DNA of 64,000 bases from Macrostomum lignano. Lineage: Eukaryota. Numbering within the stretch: position 1 is the first letter of the stretch; every line of letters begins with the position of its first letter. The stretch lies in the NCBI GenBank assembly GCA_002269645.1, contig NIVC01000553.1, positions 280,554 through 344,553 of the forward strand, read 5' to 3'. Below are positions 1 through 11,692 of this stretch, piece by piece. Below the pieces are notes generated by a model. The model did no database searches. It had not been told where the DNA came from and saw only the letters and a list, made by a program, of their open reading frames with translations. The translations under genes and the position numbers were made by a program.

Positions 1-284
1 AAAGTGGGTGGATGCCTTCTTGCAAGCAGTTTTCCTTTTCATTTATTTTGAATCTCAATTTACAAAGACAGTATAATAAAACGAAGGGAAGTCTCAATTG
101 GCGATGGAAGGTTCAATTTTTAAAGGAAATCAACTGAGAATGTCACGAGGGCCGATCTTGACATTTTCCTTTTCTAATGCCATTTTGTTTCATGAAGCTG
201 CATTTTGCTATGACTCCTAATAGCGCATTCTGTTTTAAACGAATGGGCTCCGTTAATTCAATCGTTCGCTTCATGACCTCAAAA

Positions 285-1425
285 AAGGGGAGAGGAGAGG
301 AAGAGAGGAGAGAGCAGGAAGAGAAGAGGGAGTAGGGGAGAGGAGAGGAGAGAGGAGTGGAGAGAGGAGAGAGGAAAGAAGAGGGGGAGAGAGGGAGAGA
401 GAGGAGAGCCTCCAATACCGGGCACTGACACGGTAAAAAGACCAGGAGCAAAAGGTTTGAATTGTAATAGGAGAGAGGAAAGAAGAGAGGAGAGAGGAGA
501 GGAGAGAGGAGAGAGGAGAGAGGAAAGAGGAGAGAGGAGAGAGGAGAGAGGAAAGGAGAGAGGAGAGAGGAGAGAGGAAAGAAGAGAGGAGAGAGGAGAG
601 AGGAGAGAGGAGAGAGGAGAGAGGAGAGAGGAGAGAGGGGAGAAGAGAGGACAGAGGAGAGAGGAAAGAAGAGAGGAGTGAGGAGAGGAGAGAGGAGAGA
701 GGAGAGAGGAAAGAGGAGAGAGGAGAGAGGAGAGAGGAAAGGAGAGAGGAGAGAGGAGAGAGGAAAGAAGAGAGGAGAGAGGAGAGAGGAGAGAGGAGAG
801 AGGAGAGAGGAGAGAGGGGAGAAGAGAGGACAGAGGAGAGAGGAGAGAGGAGGAGAGAGGAGAGGAGGGGGAGGAAAGGAGAGATGAGGAGATGAGAGGA
901 GAGGAGAGAGTAGGGGAGAGATCAGGAGAGAGGAGAGAGGAGAGAGGAAAGGAGAGAGGAGAGAGGAGAGAGGAAAGAGGAGAGAGGAGAGAGGAGAGAG
1001 GAAAGGAGAGAGGAGAGAGGAGAGAGGAAAGAAGAGAGGAGAGAGGAGAGAGGAGAGAGGAGAGAGGAGAGAGGAGAGAGGAGAGAGGAGAGAGGAGAGA
1101 GGAGAGAGGGGAGAAGAGAGGACAGAGGAGAGAGGAGAGAGGAGGAGAGAGGAGAGGAGGGGGAGGAAAGGAGAGATGAGGAGATGAGAGGAGAGGAGAG
1201 AGTAGGGGAGAGATCAGGAGAGAGGAGAGGAAAGAGGAAGAGAGGATAGAAGAGAAGAGAGAGGTGGGGAGAGGAGAGGAATGAGGAGGGGAGAGAGGAG
1301 AGGAAAGAGGAGAGAGGAGAGGAAAGAGGAGAGAGGAGAGGGGAGAGAGGAGAGAGGAGAGAAAACGAAGCAGCGAAGACACAAAAGAAGACAGAGAGGG
1401 AAACAGAGGAGAAAAAGAGGGAGAC
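285..1425. repeat. (GGAGA)n-type polypurine microsatellite with a short unique island at ~408-470
   Basis: GGAGA/GAGAG repeats; internal ~290-bp duplication (ATGAGGAGATGAGAGG...GATCAGG near 885 and 1177). ORFs here are repeat artefacts. Confidence 0.95.
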
Positions 1426-2140
1426 AAAAAGGGGATAACTTGAAAAGTGTATCTATTAAGATTAGCTAAAAGCAAGAGAAAGCGTCATTTAAGTTTGAAC
1501 CAAAGCGATTTCAGTTGTTTTTTAACAATGTAAAAATTTTTCAACAATATTTTAACGCTACTGCTGTTCCTTTGTTTATTTTAAAGCTGACGAGGCTAAA
1601 TCCTCCGTTGGAGAAGAAAGGAGATAGAACTCCCATCGACAGAATTCCTTTCCCTGAAATCCATCAGCTGAATCCTATGACCCGAATCCCTTCTTCGAAA
1701 TCCTCTGTAAAACCACTCAAAATACCATATCCTATTTTCCATGTTTGCAACACTTGACTGCCATGGTCCAGACTGAGACTCTCTCCTGTCTCTTCTCTCC
1801 TCTTTCCTTTCTCATCTCTAATCTCTCCTCCCTCATCTCTACTCTATTACATGTATCTATTATCTCTCATCTCTCCTCTTTCCCTTCTCCTTTCGCATGA
1901 AAAAGATACCAAAGACAGAAAAGCAGGCAAAGGAGGGGACTTCTAGAGTTTAAGATCAGTTCCAGTTTTAATGGGATCAAAATTTTGGTCACTATTAAAG
2001 GGGTTTTTATGGAGCTGATTTCAAATACACAGCTTTCTTATACTAGTGCGAACGTTTCATTAAAATGTGAGACACGACGCAAACAAAAGCATTCAACAGG
2101 TAGAAGAAGACGCAACAAGCAGACATAGCCTACGCGGAAG

Positions 2141-2608
2141 TCACGCTCCAAACCGTTTTCCTGTTGCGTCGCTGCCACTAACGCCGCCTTTGATGGTGAC
2201 TTTGCCTTTGGCCCATCCGCCTCGCCTGCTGGCTGCGTTACCGCCCCCGTGGCTGTCGCCGCCGCCGCCGCCGCCGACTTTGGTGGATCTGGCCAGCGTC
2301 AGCAGCTCCTGCATGCCCAAGTAGCGGTCCTCGGCCACGTGACTCTTAGCTGACCGGATGGCCAGCACCATGGCCGAATTGGACTTCACCATCATCAGCG
2401 CTGTGCAGGAGGCCATGACGAGCAGAACAAACATCACGCAGACGCATAGAAGAAAGACGAATGACATCCTCGATTCGCCAATTAGATTATCGATGCTGGT
2501 GAGCACGTCCATGAGTTCGAAAAGCAGGTCTTGCTTGGTTGAATTGAAGAATACATCGCTATTTAAAGAGCTTGAATCGAATGATTTAGTTGGAGTCAAT
2601 GTAGTCAT
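2141..2608 (-). CDS. Putative small single-pass membrane protein (155 aa), unknown family
   Basis: ATG-to-TGA ORF, GC-rich relative to flanks, one hydrophobic stretch (FVFLLCVCVMFVLLVMASCTALMMV) and a Gly-rich tail; no family recognised. Confidence 0.4.
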   Translation of the reverse strand: MTTLTPTKSFDSSSLNSDVFFNSTKQDLLFELMDVLTSIDNLIGESRMSFVFLLCVCVMFVLLVMASCTALMMVKSNSAMVLAIRSAKSHVAEDRYLGMQELLTLARSTKVGGGGGGDSHGGGNAASRRGGWAKGKVTIKGGVSGSDATGKRFGA

Positions 2609-3587
2609 CAGCTCAGCTGGTTTAGTTTGTTTAGTTTAGCAAAATATTCAGAGAACGGTTTGTCCATCTGCAAATCGTAAGGCATCTTTTAAATGTACGT
2701 GCGCATGAGCCTCTTTCGGCCATAGAGGCCGGTCTAAGGTTTGGGAGCATCGCTTTTATTAAGAAAGTATAAAAGAACAACCGCGTAAATCGTAAACGTT
2801 TTTCAGATTGAAAGTACACAATTGCGATTGCGAGTTTACTGCTACTTTTAGCTTGATCAGTAGCCGCTCCTCAAAGAGAGCTTTTTGCCGGAACACCTCT
2901 CCTAATGAAATTGTAATCTGCAGTGTTATTGCTTTGAAAAGCGGCCAAGGGAACTCTGCTTTACCTAGCTCCCAAGTCCGTCCTTGAGTTAACTTTATAA
3001 TGGTAAAAGCAGTCTGAAGTTTAGACTGTTTACAATTTAGGGACTGATGCACCAGAGTTGCCAGTGAGTTTTAGATGTACTTAATAAGTACATTAGAGCA
3101 TTAGCTCTAGTATTTACAATCGTATTGAAGTACGTCGTACTTTGGGTTTGAGCTTCCCGATTTACAGGCACTTGAGTTCTACTTCAAGTTTCGCGCCTCT
3201 TCTGGAAAGCAGATTTTTGTAGCGTGAATATGAATCGCACTAGGGAAAAACCTCAGGGCCAGTGTCGTGTGCGCAACAATCGAATCGTTTGATGCCCCAG
3301 CTAGTCTGTCTCCAACGGTTACCCAAGCAATCTTTAACTTTATTCACTCATGGGTCCAACTAATCCAATCAAATATCTTCGATTCAGTTCCGGATATGAG
3401 CTTCAGGTTCAATTTGTAGTCATTTTTATTTAAATATTACAATTAGTCTGAGTTATACAATCGACAGGCAACAAATATTACAAGAGAAAGATGAAAATTC
3501 GGTTGAATAACTATCTGCAGCTACGGACTACACGCACTCACAACAAGTGCACAGTAGTAGGTCAACTATCAAGCCTTGCGTAATCCG

Positions 3588-5081
3588 TCACAGCATCGCC
3601 GGTATCTGCCTATTCAATGGGCAGAGCTCGATAATCTCCGCTGAACTGTTCCCGGACTGGCGGCTACTGCGGTCTCCTCCGCCGTCACACGGACGGCTAT
3701 TCGTTCCGTTGAAGTCGTTATTGTACAACAGCAAGCGGTGGCTGTTGCTGAGCCTGCTGCTACCGTTGCCATGACGACCGCTGGCCTGGCTACCGCCCAG
3801 GCACCATCGATTCGCAGCCGCTGATAGCGTCGCTCCCCCGGCTGCTCGGCCGCCACTCGTTGCTGCCGCCGAGGCCGCTGCTTGCGCCGCCGCAGCGTGC
3901 GTGGCCACCGCCGCCGCCGCCGCTGCTCCGCTGAGCCGCCTGCCGCCGTCGCTCCGCGGCCCACCAGTCCGGCAGCCGAGAATGCGCAGGTACGCCAGAC
4001 GGAACTCGCGCTGATTCGAACAGTACAAAATCGGATTCACGCCCGAGTTGGCGTAGCCCACCCAGGTGACGGCTGTCACCAGCCAGAACGGCAGACTGTT
4101 GCACTGGTCGGCCGTGAACGGGCAGCCCGTGTACATGATGAAGAACGGGAACCAGCAGACATAGAAGCAGCCGAGAATCAGGCCGAGAGTCTTTGTCGCC
4201 TTGGTCTCGCTGGTCATGTGCCGGGTGACTCGAACCGCTGCCGCTGCCACCGCCGCGGCCGAACTTTTCTTTGTCGTAACCACGACCGACAGCGTAGCCG
4301 TGACCGTTGCCGTCCCGTTCGACGACGAAGAGGCGCCAGAGGCCCCGCCGCCGCCACCACCACCGCCTTTGTCGCAGCACGATCGTCGACGAGCTTTCCT
4401 CCTCCAGGTCCCAACGGTGTGAGCCGTGGCGATTCGATGCACCCGGACGTAGGCCAGGGTCATCACCAGCATTGGCAGAAAGAAGGAGGTTGACGCGGAC
4501 ACCACAGCGTAGGTTCTATCTGGCTGCATCTGGCACTGACCGTCGCTCGAGTCCGACTGCGACTGCTGCACAGCGCCTGAGTAGACAGGGCCGAAGCTCA
4601 GGCCGATGCTGACGGCCCACACCAGCGCCACTGTCGCCCAGATTCGTCTAGGCCTGACGAGACTCCGATAGTGCAACGGTCGAGTGACGGCAATGTAGCG
4701 GTCCAAACTGATGAGGCACAGATGCAGGATGCTGGCCGTGCAGCACATGATGTCGCTGGCCTGATAGAATTTGCAGAGAAAGTCGCCCAGAGGCCAGCAG
4801 CCGAGCATCGTGTGCACGATGGAGCAGGGCATGACAATCAGGGAGATGGCGATGTCGGCCGATGCCAGTGAGGCCAGCAGGTGGAAACAGTTCCGGGTGC
4901 GTAGGCGGCGGAATCTAATTACCGAGGCGATCACCAGGCTGTTGCCTAGCAGCGTTTCCATAGCAACCAAAGCCAACAGGCTGGCAACCAGAACTCGAAC
5001 TGGAAACTGCGGCGAATTGATAACGCTGCTAGGCGTCAGAGTTGCTAAGCAACTAATGCTGCCATTGTTGACGCCGCTCAT
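3588..5081 (-). CDS. Intronless class A biogenic-amine GPCR (D1-like dopamine / octopamine-type receptor), 497 aa
   Basis: Seven hydrophobic segments; TM1 GN, TM2 LASAD, TM3 Asp3.32 (ASDIMCCTASILHLCLISLDRY), TM5 RTYAVVSASTSFFLP, ETKATKTL before TM6 CWFPFF, TM7 NSGVNPILY. Confidence 0.93.
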   Translation of the reverse strand: MSGVNNGSISCLATLTPSSVINSPQFPVRVLVASLLALVAMETLLGNSLVIASVIRFRRLRTRNCFHLLASLASADIAISLIVMPCSIVHTMLGCWPLGDFLCKFYQASDIMCCTASILHLCLISLDRYIAVTRPLHYRSLVRPRRIWATVALVWAVSIGLSFGPVYSGAVQQSQSDSSDGQCQMQPDRTYAVVSASTSFFLPMLVMTLAYVRVHRIATAHTVGTWRRKARRRSCCDKGGGGGGGGASGASSSSNGTATVTATLSVVVTTKKSSAAAVAAAAVRVTRHMTSETKATKTLGLILGCFYVCWFPFFIMYTGCPFTADQCNSLPFWLVTAVTWVGYANSGVNPILYCSNQREFRLAYLRILGCRTGGPRSDGGRRLSGAAAAAAVATHAAAAQAAASAAATSGGRAAGGATLSAAANRWCLGGSQASGRHGNGSSRLSNSHRLLLYNNDFNGTNSRPCDGGGDRSSRQSGNSSAEIIELCPLNRQIPAML

Positions 5082-6163
5082 ATCAATGCCGGTAGCGTGT
5101 AACTGGGAGTAGCGGGACTAATCTCAGGCAAAGATTTTACTTTATATTTCCTTTTTACAGCCCTTGGAAGCCTCTGATTGGCTGGCAGTTGCCTATCCAT
5201 CTCAGTCGGAGTCAACCAGTCGGTCACTCTGGGAGGTGCCTGTGTCGCAAACGCTACATGATTGCATCGTTTTAGCGACTTTGACATCCAGCTTAAGCGT
5301 GCGTGCAGAGATGCAGTTAAGGGAATCTCTGAAATTTTATGATTGTGGGACGATGTCGCGGAAGGTTCATTGTTTCTTTTTTTATTTCCCCTATGTAACG
5401 TGATATAACTTTTGGGAGTCATTTATAAGCGGTCAGTACAAAACACTTCACAAAAATAGTTGTTGACTCTCCCCTTAGAAAGTAACAAAAAGCTTCAACC
5501 AAAAAGTCCTCACGGCGAGAGTCGATAGGCATCACCGGTTCCTGTTTATGCCAAGCCCGCAGGCCAATACAGAGTAATGATTATAGTGACGAAATTGAAA
5601 AGAAGTCACAAACTGCTGCAAGCTCAATGCTCTAGCGGGCCACCTCATCCTCCGCTAGCTCAACTCTTCAAACCCTCAATCGGCCGGTAGAGCGATCGGA
5701 GGCAGAGCCAATTCTCCCAACAGTTTTTGGCGGAAGTGTCAGTCACACTGAGCCACGCCAAGGACAGTCGCTGAAGTAGAGGCCGTAGGATAGGGAAACG
5801 ACCCGTGGACTGAGTCGGTAACTATAGGTAAACTGTAGTCGACAGTTTGAGAAGTCAGAGCGGTTGGGCGACCAACTAGTGCTGATTTTGCATTTCCAAT
5901 GCTGTGCTAGAATGCGGATGTATGGGGTAGAAGGAAAAGAATAAATGTACTTTGAGGACTAAACGGCAAAGTAACCTTTTCAGCGTACCGGGTCGCTATC
6001 GACGGATGCAGTGGTAGGAAACTAATCTTCATTGACAAGGGTTTCCGTCATGGGCCGGCATTGAGACTAAGACAGTATCGATAACTTATTTTGTAGCCCT
6101 AGTAGCCCTAAGAAACTGCAAAAAACTTATGCTTTAAACTACTAGAATTGTACGACACGAGCT

Positions 6164-6913
6164 AGACACTCAAAGACACTTTAAACGACTCAAAGACAAT
6201 TCATACGACTCAGAGACAATCCAGACGACTCAAAGACAATTCATACGACTCAGAGACAATCCAGACGACTCAAAGACAATTCATACGACTCAGAGACAAT
6301 CCAAACGACTTAAAGACAATTCATACGACTCAGAGACAATCCAAACGACTTAAAGACAATTCATACGACTCAGAGACAATTCAGACGACTCAGAGACAAT
6401 CCAGACGACTCAGAGATATTTCAAACGACTCAGACACACTCTTAACAACTCAAAGACAATCCAAACGACTCAGAGACAATCCAAACGACTCAGAGATAAT
6501 TCAGACGACTCAGAGACAATCCAGACGACTCAGAGACAATCCAAACGACTCAGAGACAATTCAGACGACTCAGAGATAATTCAGACGACTCAGAGACAAT
6601 CCAGACGACTCAGAGATAATTCAGACGACTCAGAGACAATCCAGACGACTCAGAGGCAATCCAAACGACTCAGAGACAATTCAGACGACTCAGAGATAAT
6701 TCAGACGATTCAGAGATAATTCAGACGACTCAGAGACAATCCAGACGACTCAGATATAATTCAGACGAGTCAGAGACAATCCAGACGACTCAGAGACAAT
6801 CCAAACGACTCAGAGATAATTCAGACGACTCAGAGACAATCCAGACGACTCAGAGATAATCCAGACGACTCAGAGACAATCCAGACGACTCAGAGATAAT
6901 CCAGACGACTCAG
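6164..6913. repeat. 20-bp minisatellite GACTCAGAGACAATCCAGAC (~37 units)
   Basis: Direct 20-bp periodicity with CAATCC/TAATTC variants. Confidence 0.95.
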
Positions 6914-8599
6914 TTAGTCAGTAAAATAGCCAGACGGGCAGTTATTTTTTAACATGCACGAAGTGTTACAAATTTAGCTCGCGACACTGCGACAGTGACG
7001 CAAATCAGCCGTAAGCAATTAGGCTCAGCTAGAAATTCCAGCTAGGGATTCTAGAAAGAAATGTGAGAGCAGGTACAGAGACAGGGGGAATATGACTCCA
7101 GTGGGAATATGATCAGGAACTGCATGCAAACTGCAGCGAAGCGCATCAAAAAACGCGCGATGAAGTGTCGGATCTCAAACCGTGCAACAGCTTTTAACGA
7201 TATGTTCGTCACTGACAAGCTACCTTGCTTTTATTGAGAGCGATGCAGATAGTCATAGCTCGGCTTTCAATTTCAGTCAAATGCACTGTCACTTACTACA
7301 TGTATCTGATCTACCCACTCTTTTTCGAAACACTTATTTTCGCACTCTCGCATTTCATTTAATTTTCATGATGCATTGCCTAAATTGTCTTTCATCCTTT
7401 TTTATAATTTTATAGAAACAATGAAATATATTAATAGTAGATTTACGAGATTGAATGCGTTCGGACTTTTATAGATCAAATATTAATTAAGCCTACACAG
7501 TGATTCACACTGAAGTACATGTATAGAAGGACATAGCTGACCTTAATAGATCGCAGATCACAGTGGAGACCAATTAAGGCAATTAACAAATCCAGTCCGG
7601 TATCTGAGGTCCATACATGCACTTGATCTCTACTTGCTCGTTTCCCGGTACGAGCTCCATGCATATCAAGGATTTAGGCTATACATGAACCAAGGACCAC
7701 TAGTAGATAGTAGTACTTAAGTAGTCCGTGACATGAACTTTTACGATATGCCTTAATCAGATACTGAGTGCCAGATCGTCACAACCAATTAATCGACAGT
7801 CCGCATTGAAACGACGTCACCTAATGACTATCTTTTTGATACTAATTGATCTTGCCTGTAGGGTACGGCAGTGTAATACATGTAAAGTAATTATAGAAAG
7901 CCGATATTGAGTCGTCTGGTTTGATTGCTCTCTGAATTTAACGTCAATTCCTGGAGGAATATCTGTCGATCCCAGGTGCTTTCACATAACCTTTGACATA
8001 AAGACATGGATATCTGCTGCAAGACTCGAACATCGAAGACTCAAGCTGATGTACAAAGTGTGTCAATTTAGGAAGAAATTATCCTCTTCCTAAATAAGAC
8101 TACGGAAGTTGAGTTGGTTTTGACCAAGAACTTTACGCACTGATGCAGATAATTGTCATAATGCACTCTGACTCGCACGAGAAAAGAGAAACTGATACTA
8201 CGGGTGGAACAAATGTAATTGTCGTCAGTACCTCTAGACAAGCAAATCGGTAAAAACACGAAACATTCTAACTCTAATCAATAACGTAGAAGTATGCCGA
8301 TTACTACAGTAGTGGGCTTGATCAATTATCTATAAAAGACAATTATGCCTAAATGGTTATATCGTTTGAAAACACTCATCTAGTGTCCATTTAGTGTCTA
8401 TCAAACGTTTCAAACAATCCAATTGTTTATTGCTACCATAAACTATAGTTGTATAGTGAGAACGAGTCATATTGTAACGAGTCCAGTATATTTTATATCA
8501 CTTAGCGCAGCTATACGCCTGTCAGACCTAGGCTAGGAATCCTTCTGTCTTATGATTACTAAGATGCGCAAACTGACGCTCTGATTACGTATTTATCAC

Positions 8600-8945
8600 G
8601 TGTATTAATGGTTTTCGATATACAGCTGAGATCTACATCCAAGGCTGCCACACGTTTACAGAAATATACTACTATTAAGTTGCATGCTTAAATATGAGTC
8701 TCATTTCTTGGAAACGAAATCTACATAAAGAATAGCATTTGATTCTACTAAAGTTCAAAGAAACACAATTAAATCGCTTCAAATTCAGAATTATTAAACC
8801 GTTACAATATGCACGGATCGAAGAAATAAATGAAATCAATTTAACGTACGCGATCGTAGCTAAGTTACAGATCATCTCACAAAAATCTTATATGAAATTA
8901 CCCAATAACCCTAATGACAGAATATTTCAATCATTGATATTCCTC
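8600..8945 (+). mobile_element. Decayed LINE RT C-terminal remnant
   Basis: Translation ETQLNRFKFRIIKPLQYARIEEINEINLTYAIVAKLQIISQKSYMKLPNNPN resembles the post-RT LQxxQNxxLRxI...HPN region of Jockey/I-type LINEs; stops and frameshifts upstream. Confidence 0.35.
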
Positions 8946-8964
8946 TATAGATACTGTATCGTGC

Positions 8965-10085
8965 ACAGGCAGGCAGTTCGGGACACCTGCAGCTTGCACT
9001 CCCAGAATGTAAAATGGTCGTGGGGCCCACAACAAGCCTCAGCCTTTCAGTCCATCAAGCAGTCGATTGCACACAGCACTACGCTTGCCTTAGCTTCAAC
9101 AAGAACTGTGAGATAATTGGCTGACTGTCGACGCCAGCCCGACCGGCCTTGGGGTGATCCTCACCCACGTGCAACCGGGCGGCCTCACCAGGCCAATCGT
9201 CTACTCCAGTCGCAGCCTCAGTGGCACCAAGCAGCGCTACTCGCAGACAGAGAGGGAGGCGCTGGCCGTCAAATTCGGCTGCCTCAAATTCCACCACTGC
9301 CTTAGCGGCTGCCCAAAGTTCAAGGCCATCGCCGACCAGAAGCCGCTGGTCACCCTGCTCAGCCCCGGCTCGCGGCCCCCGCCGCGGATCGAGCGCATGG
9401 CACTTCGGCTGCAGCCTGCAGAACCTCCACTTCGAAGTCACAACTACCAGCCGGGGCAGACAACCCGGCAGATGTCCTGAGCCGCCAGCCACGTCCAACA
9501 CCGCCGAACAAAGAGGGCGAGGATCTTGACACGGCCTCCATCGCAATGACAGCGCCGAACAGTACCAACCTCGACACGATCAAGGTGGCCTCCGCAGGCG
9601 ACAGGGCGATTCAAGCCGCCGTATCCGGGCTCCGGTCCCATCGGTGGCAACTTGACAGCCATGACACGCGCAGCCTACACGGCCTGCGGCACGAGCTCTC
9701 ACAACACGACGGACTTCTGCTCAAAGGGCACCATAATAAATCGTCTTTCCCGCCATAGACTTCGGCCTACTAGACTTCCTGGAATCAAAGGCCACATGGT
9801 GCTGGTGTGCACCGACTACTTTTCACGTTTCCCATTGGTATTTGATTGCGCAGCCAGGGCATCCCCCACTATCGGACTACACCGCTGCACACTCAAGCCA
9901 ACAGACTCATAGAGCGAGGCAACCGAGGCCTCAATAAGGCAATCAGAGCGGCGATCCTGGAGGGCAGCGACTGGCAGGCGGCACTGGACCTGGCCGCATA
10001 TCCGGTGAACACCGCACGCAGCAACTGGCATGGCCTTAGCCGACCTGCTGTTCGGCTCAACGACACGATCCCCAGCTTGCGCCAA
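8965..10085 (+). mobile_element. Ty3/Gypsy pol relic (RT connection, RNase H, partial integrase) with frameshifts and internal deletions
   Basis: VKWSWGPQQASAFQSIK; RPIVYSSRSLSGTKQRYSQTEREALAVKFG; ADQKPLV; PPRIERMALRLQ; HDGLLLKG; MVLVCTDYFSRFP; TTPLHTQANRLIERGNR, spread over several frames. Confidence 0.85.
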
Positions 10086-11393
10086 CTCCAACTCCAACTC
10101 CAATATACAAACAGGCAAAACAAATCTGTGAATTATTCAATTGGCTCATCTCAAAAGAATTCAACGCGAATCGAATTAATTTTATCATTTTTCAGTTGTT
10201 AATTTATCAGTGTTCGATTAATTGTATAAATTTTTAGAATAACTGCTGTATTACTATTAGTTAGCAATAAGTTTCTCTACGCTTGTACCACATGGTACAG
10301 TTCCACTACTAATAGAATTACAACATTGTTTTACTTCGAAATACTGCGAGTAACATCTAACCTAGTATATTTTTAAATCTGAAATATATTCAAAAGCTAA
10401 AAAAACATTGGAATTTAAAAATATGAAATATATAATCTGATAATATTTGCATTCGCATTCGTTGGTCGTTGCAGACTGTTAGATCTCACCTCTAAAAATA
10501 TACCTTTGTAGAATTTTCTTTAATTGGTTATTGAATAAGAGCAAGGCGGTAGTTCATTTAGTTATTTACCAACGGAACTTAGATCAAAGAGAAAACAAGG
10601 GGAGAGTGATAGGTTTGTCTCACTGCCGCCGCCGTGTATTTATAGCTTTGTTATTGTCTTCCGGAAATTTCTAGAAAGATTTAGCTAATTTTAACAAAGC
10701 GAAATAACCCTTTAATTATATACATTACGTAAATATAATTAGAACATTATTACTTAGTGATAATTAATTATTTACTATTTATATGCGTATGTTATAGATT
10801 AGCTGCTAACTCAAAGAAGTTTCTGGAAATAGTTTTTGACTTTTAGAAATCTGAAGAAATTTCGGGAAAGTTATTAAAGTACGCTACACCTTCTTTATAC
10901 TTGAAGATATTAACGATACCATTTTTATGTACTACAAGCTTCAAGTACAAAGCACAAGCTGCATTTTTTTAAACTAACTCTCTCACTTATTAAATTAATT
11001 TCTGCAAGCATAACCATAGTTTTACAAAGGCAGGCTAATAAACTTAAGAAACCATGTTTCTAGTATGGCTGTATTTCTAGGCCTATATGATGTAATGTAG
11101 GCTATAGATATTTAAAAATTAATTAAAAAAAGAAGTAAACTTCTCATTTTATTATTTAGCTTAAAGAAATTCTATTGGCCACTGTCTGTAGTCTTAAATT
11201 AAAACATTATATGAAGCTTCATGTAAAATATAAATCTATATATAACTAATGGTTTTTTCTAATCCTATCTTTTTGAAAAATAAGTGATAATAGATTTATA
11301 TTATTGCATATCTTAGTTGATATTACTTTTATTTTTATAGCATAAAAATAGAAAAATATATAAGAGGTGGGGAATACAATAAGAGATTGGGAA

Positions 11394-11692
11394 CATACAT
11401 GCGCAACCTCTGAAATTCGGTCGGCCATGCGACTTAGTTTTAACAAAAATGCGACGTAGTTTTTGGCCAAAAATGCGACTTACATGTAAAAAAAACCCTA
11501 AAGCAAAATTAACGCAACTTTGAGTAAACGGCAGGAGTAACTATGACTGTCTTATTAAGCCAAAATGCCTCGTCAGCTACTTAGTACTACTACTTGATTA
11601 TTTTTTCGGGTGGGCATTTTTGCGACTTCCTTGGTTGGCCGCCAAATCGGTCGGCCGGATCGGCCGACTCGGCCGACTGTTGCGCATGTATG
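11394..11692. mobile_element. hAT-type MITE copy 1 (299 bp) containing a 28S rRNA-like segment
   Basis: TIRs CATACATGCGCAAC / GTTGCGCATGTATG; perfect 8-bp TSD ATTGGGAA (11386-11393, 11693-11700); subterminal CGGCCGA/GGTCGGCC repeats; 28S-like tract 11522-11585. Confidence 0.9.

Noticed and set aside
143-470. Possible small exon in the unique island within the GA repeat
   Set aside because: No convincing splice sites or recognisable protein.
3547-5112. Antisense and alternate-frame ORFs over the GPCR
   Set aside because: GC-rich shadow ORFs with no recognisable motifs.
11522-11585. Functional rRNA gene or snoRNA
   Set aside because: Only ~64 nt match 28S, the H69 stem is partly broken, the tract is inside a TIR/TSD-bounded element, and no C/D or H/ACA architecture was recognised.
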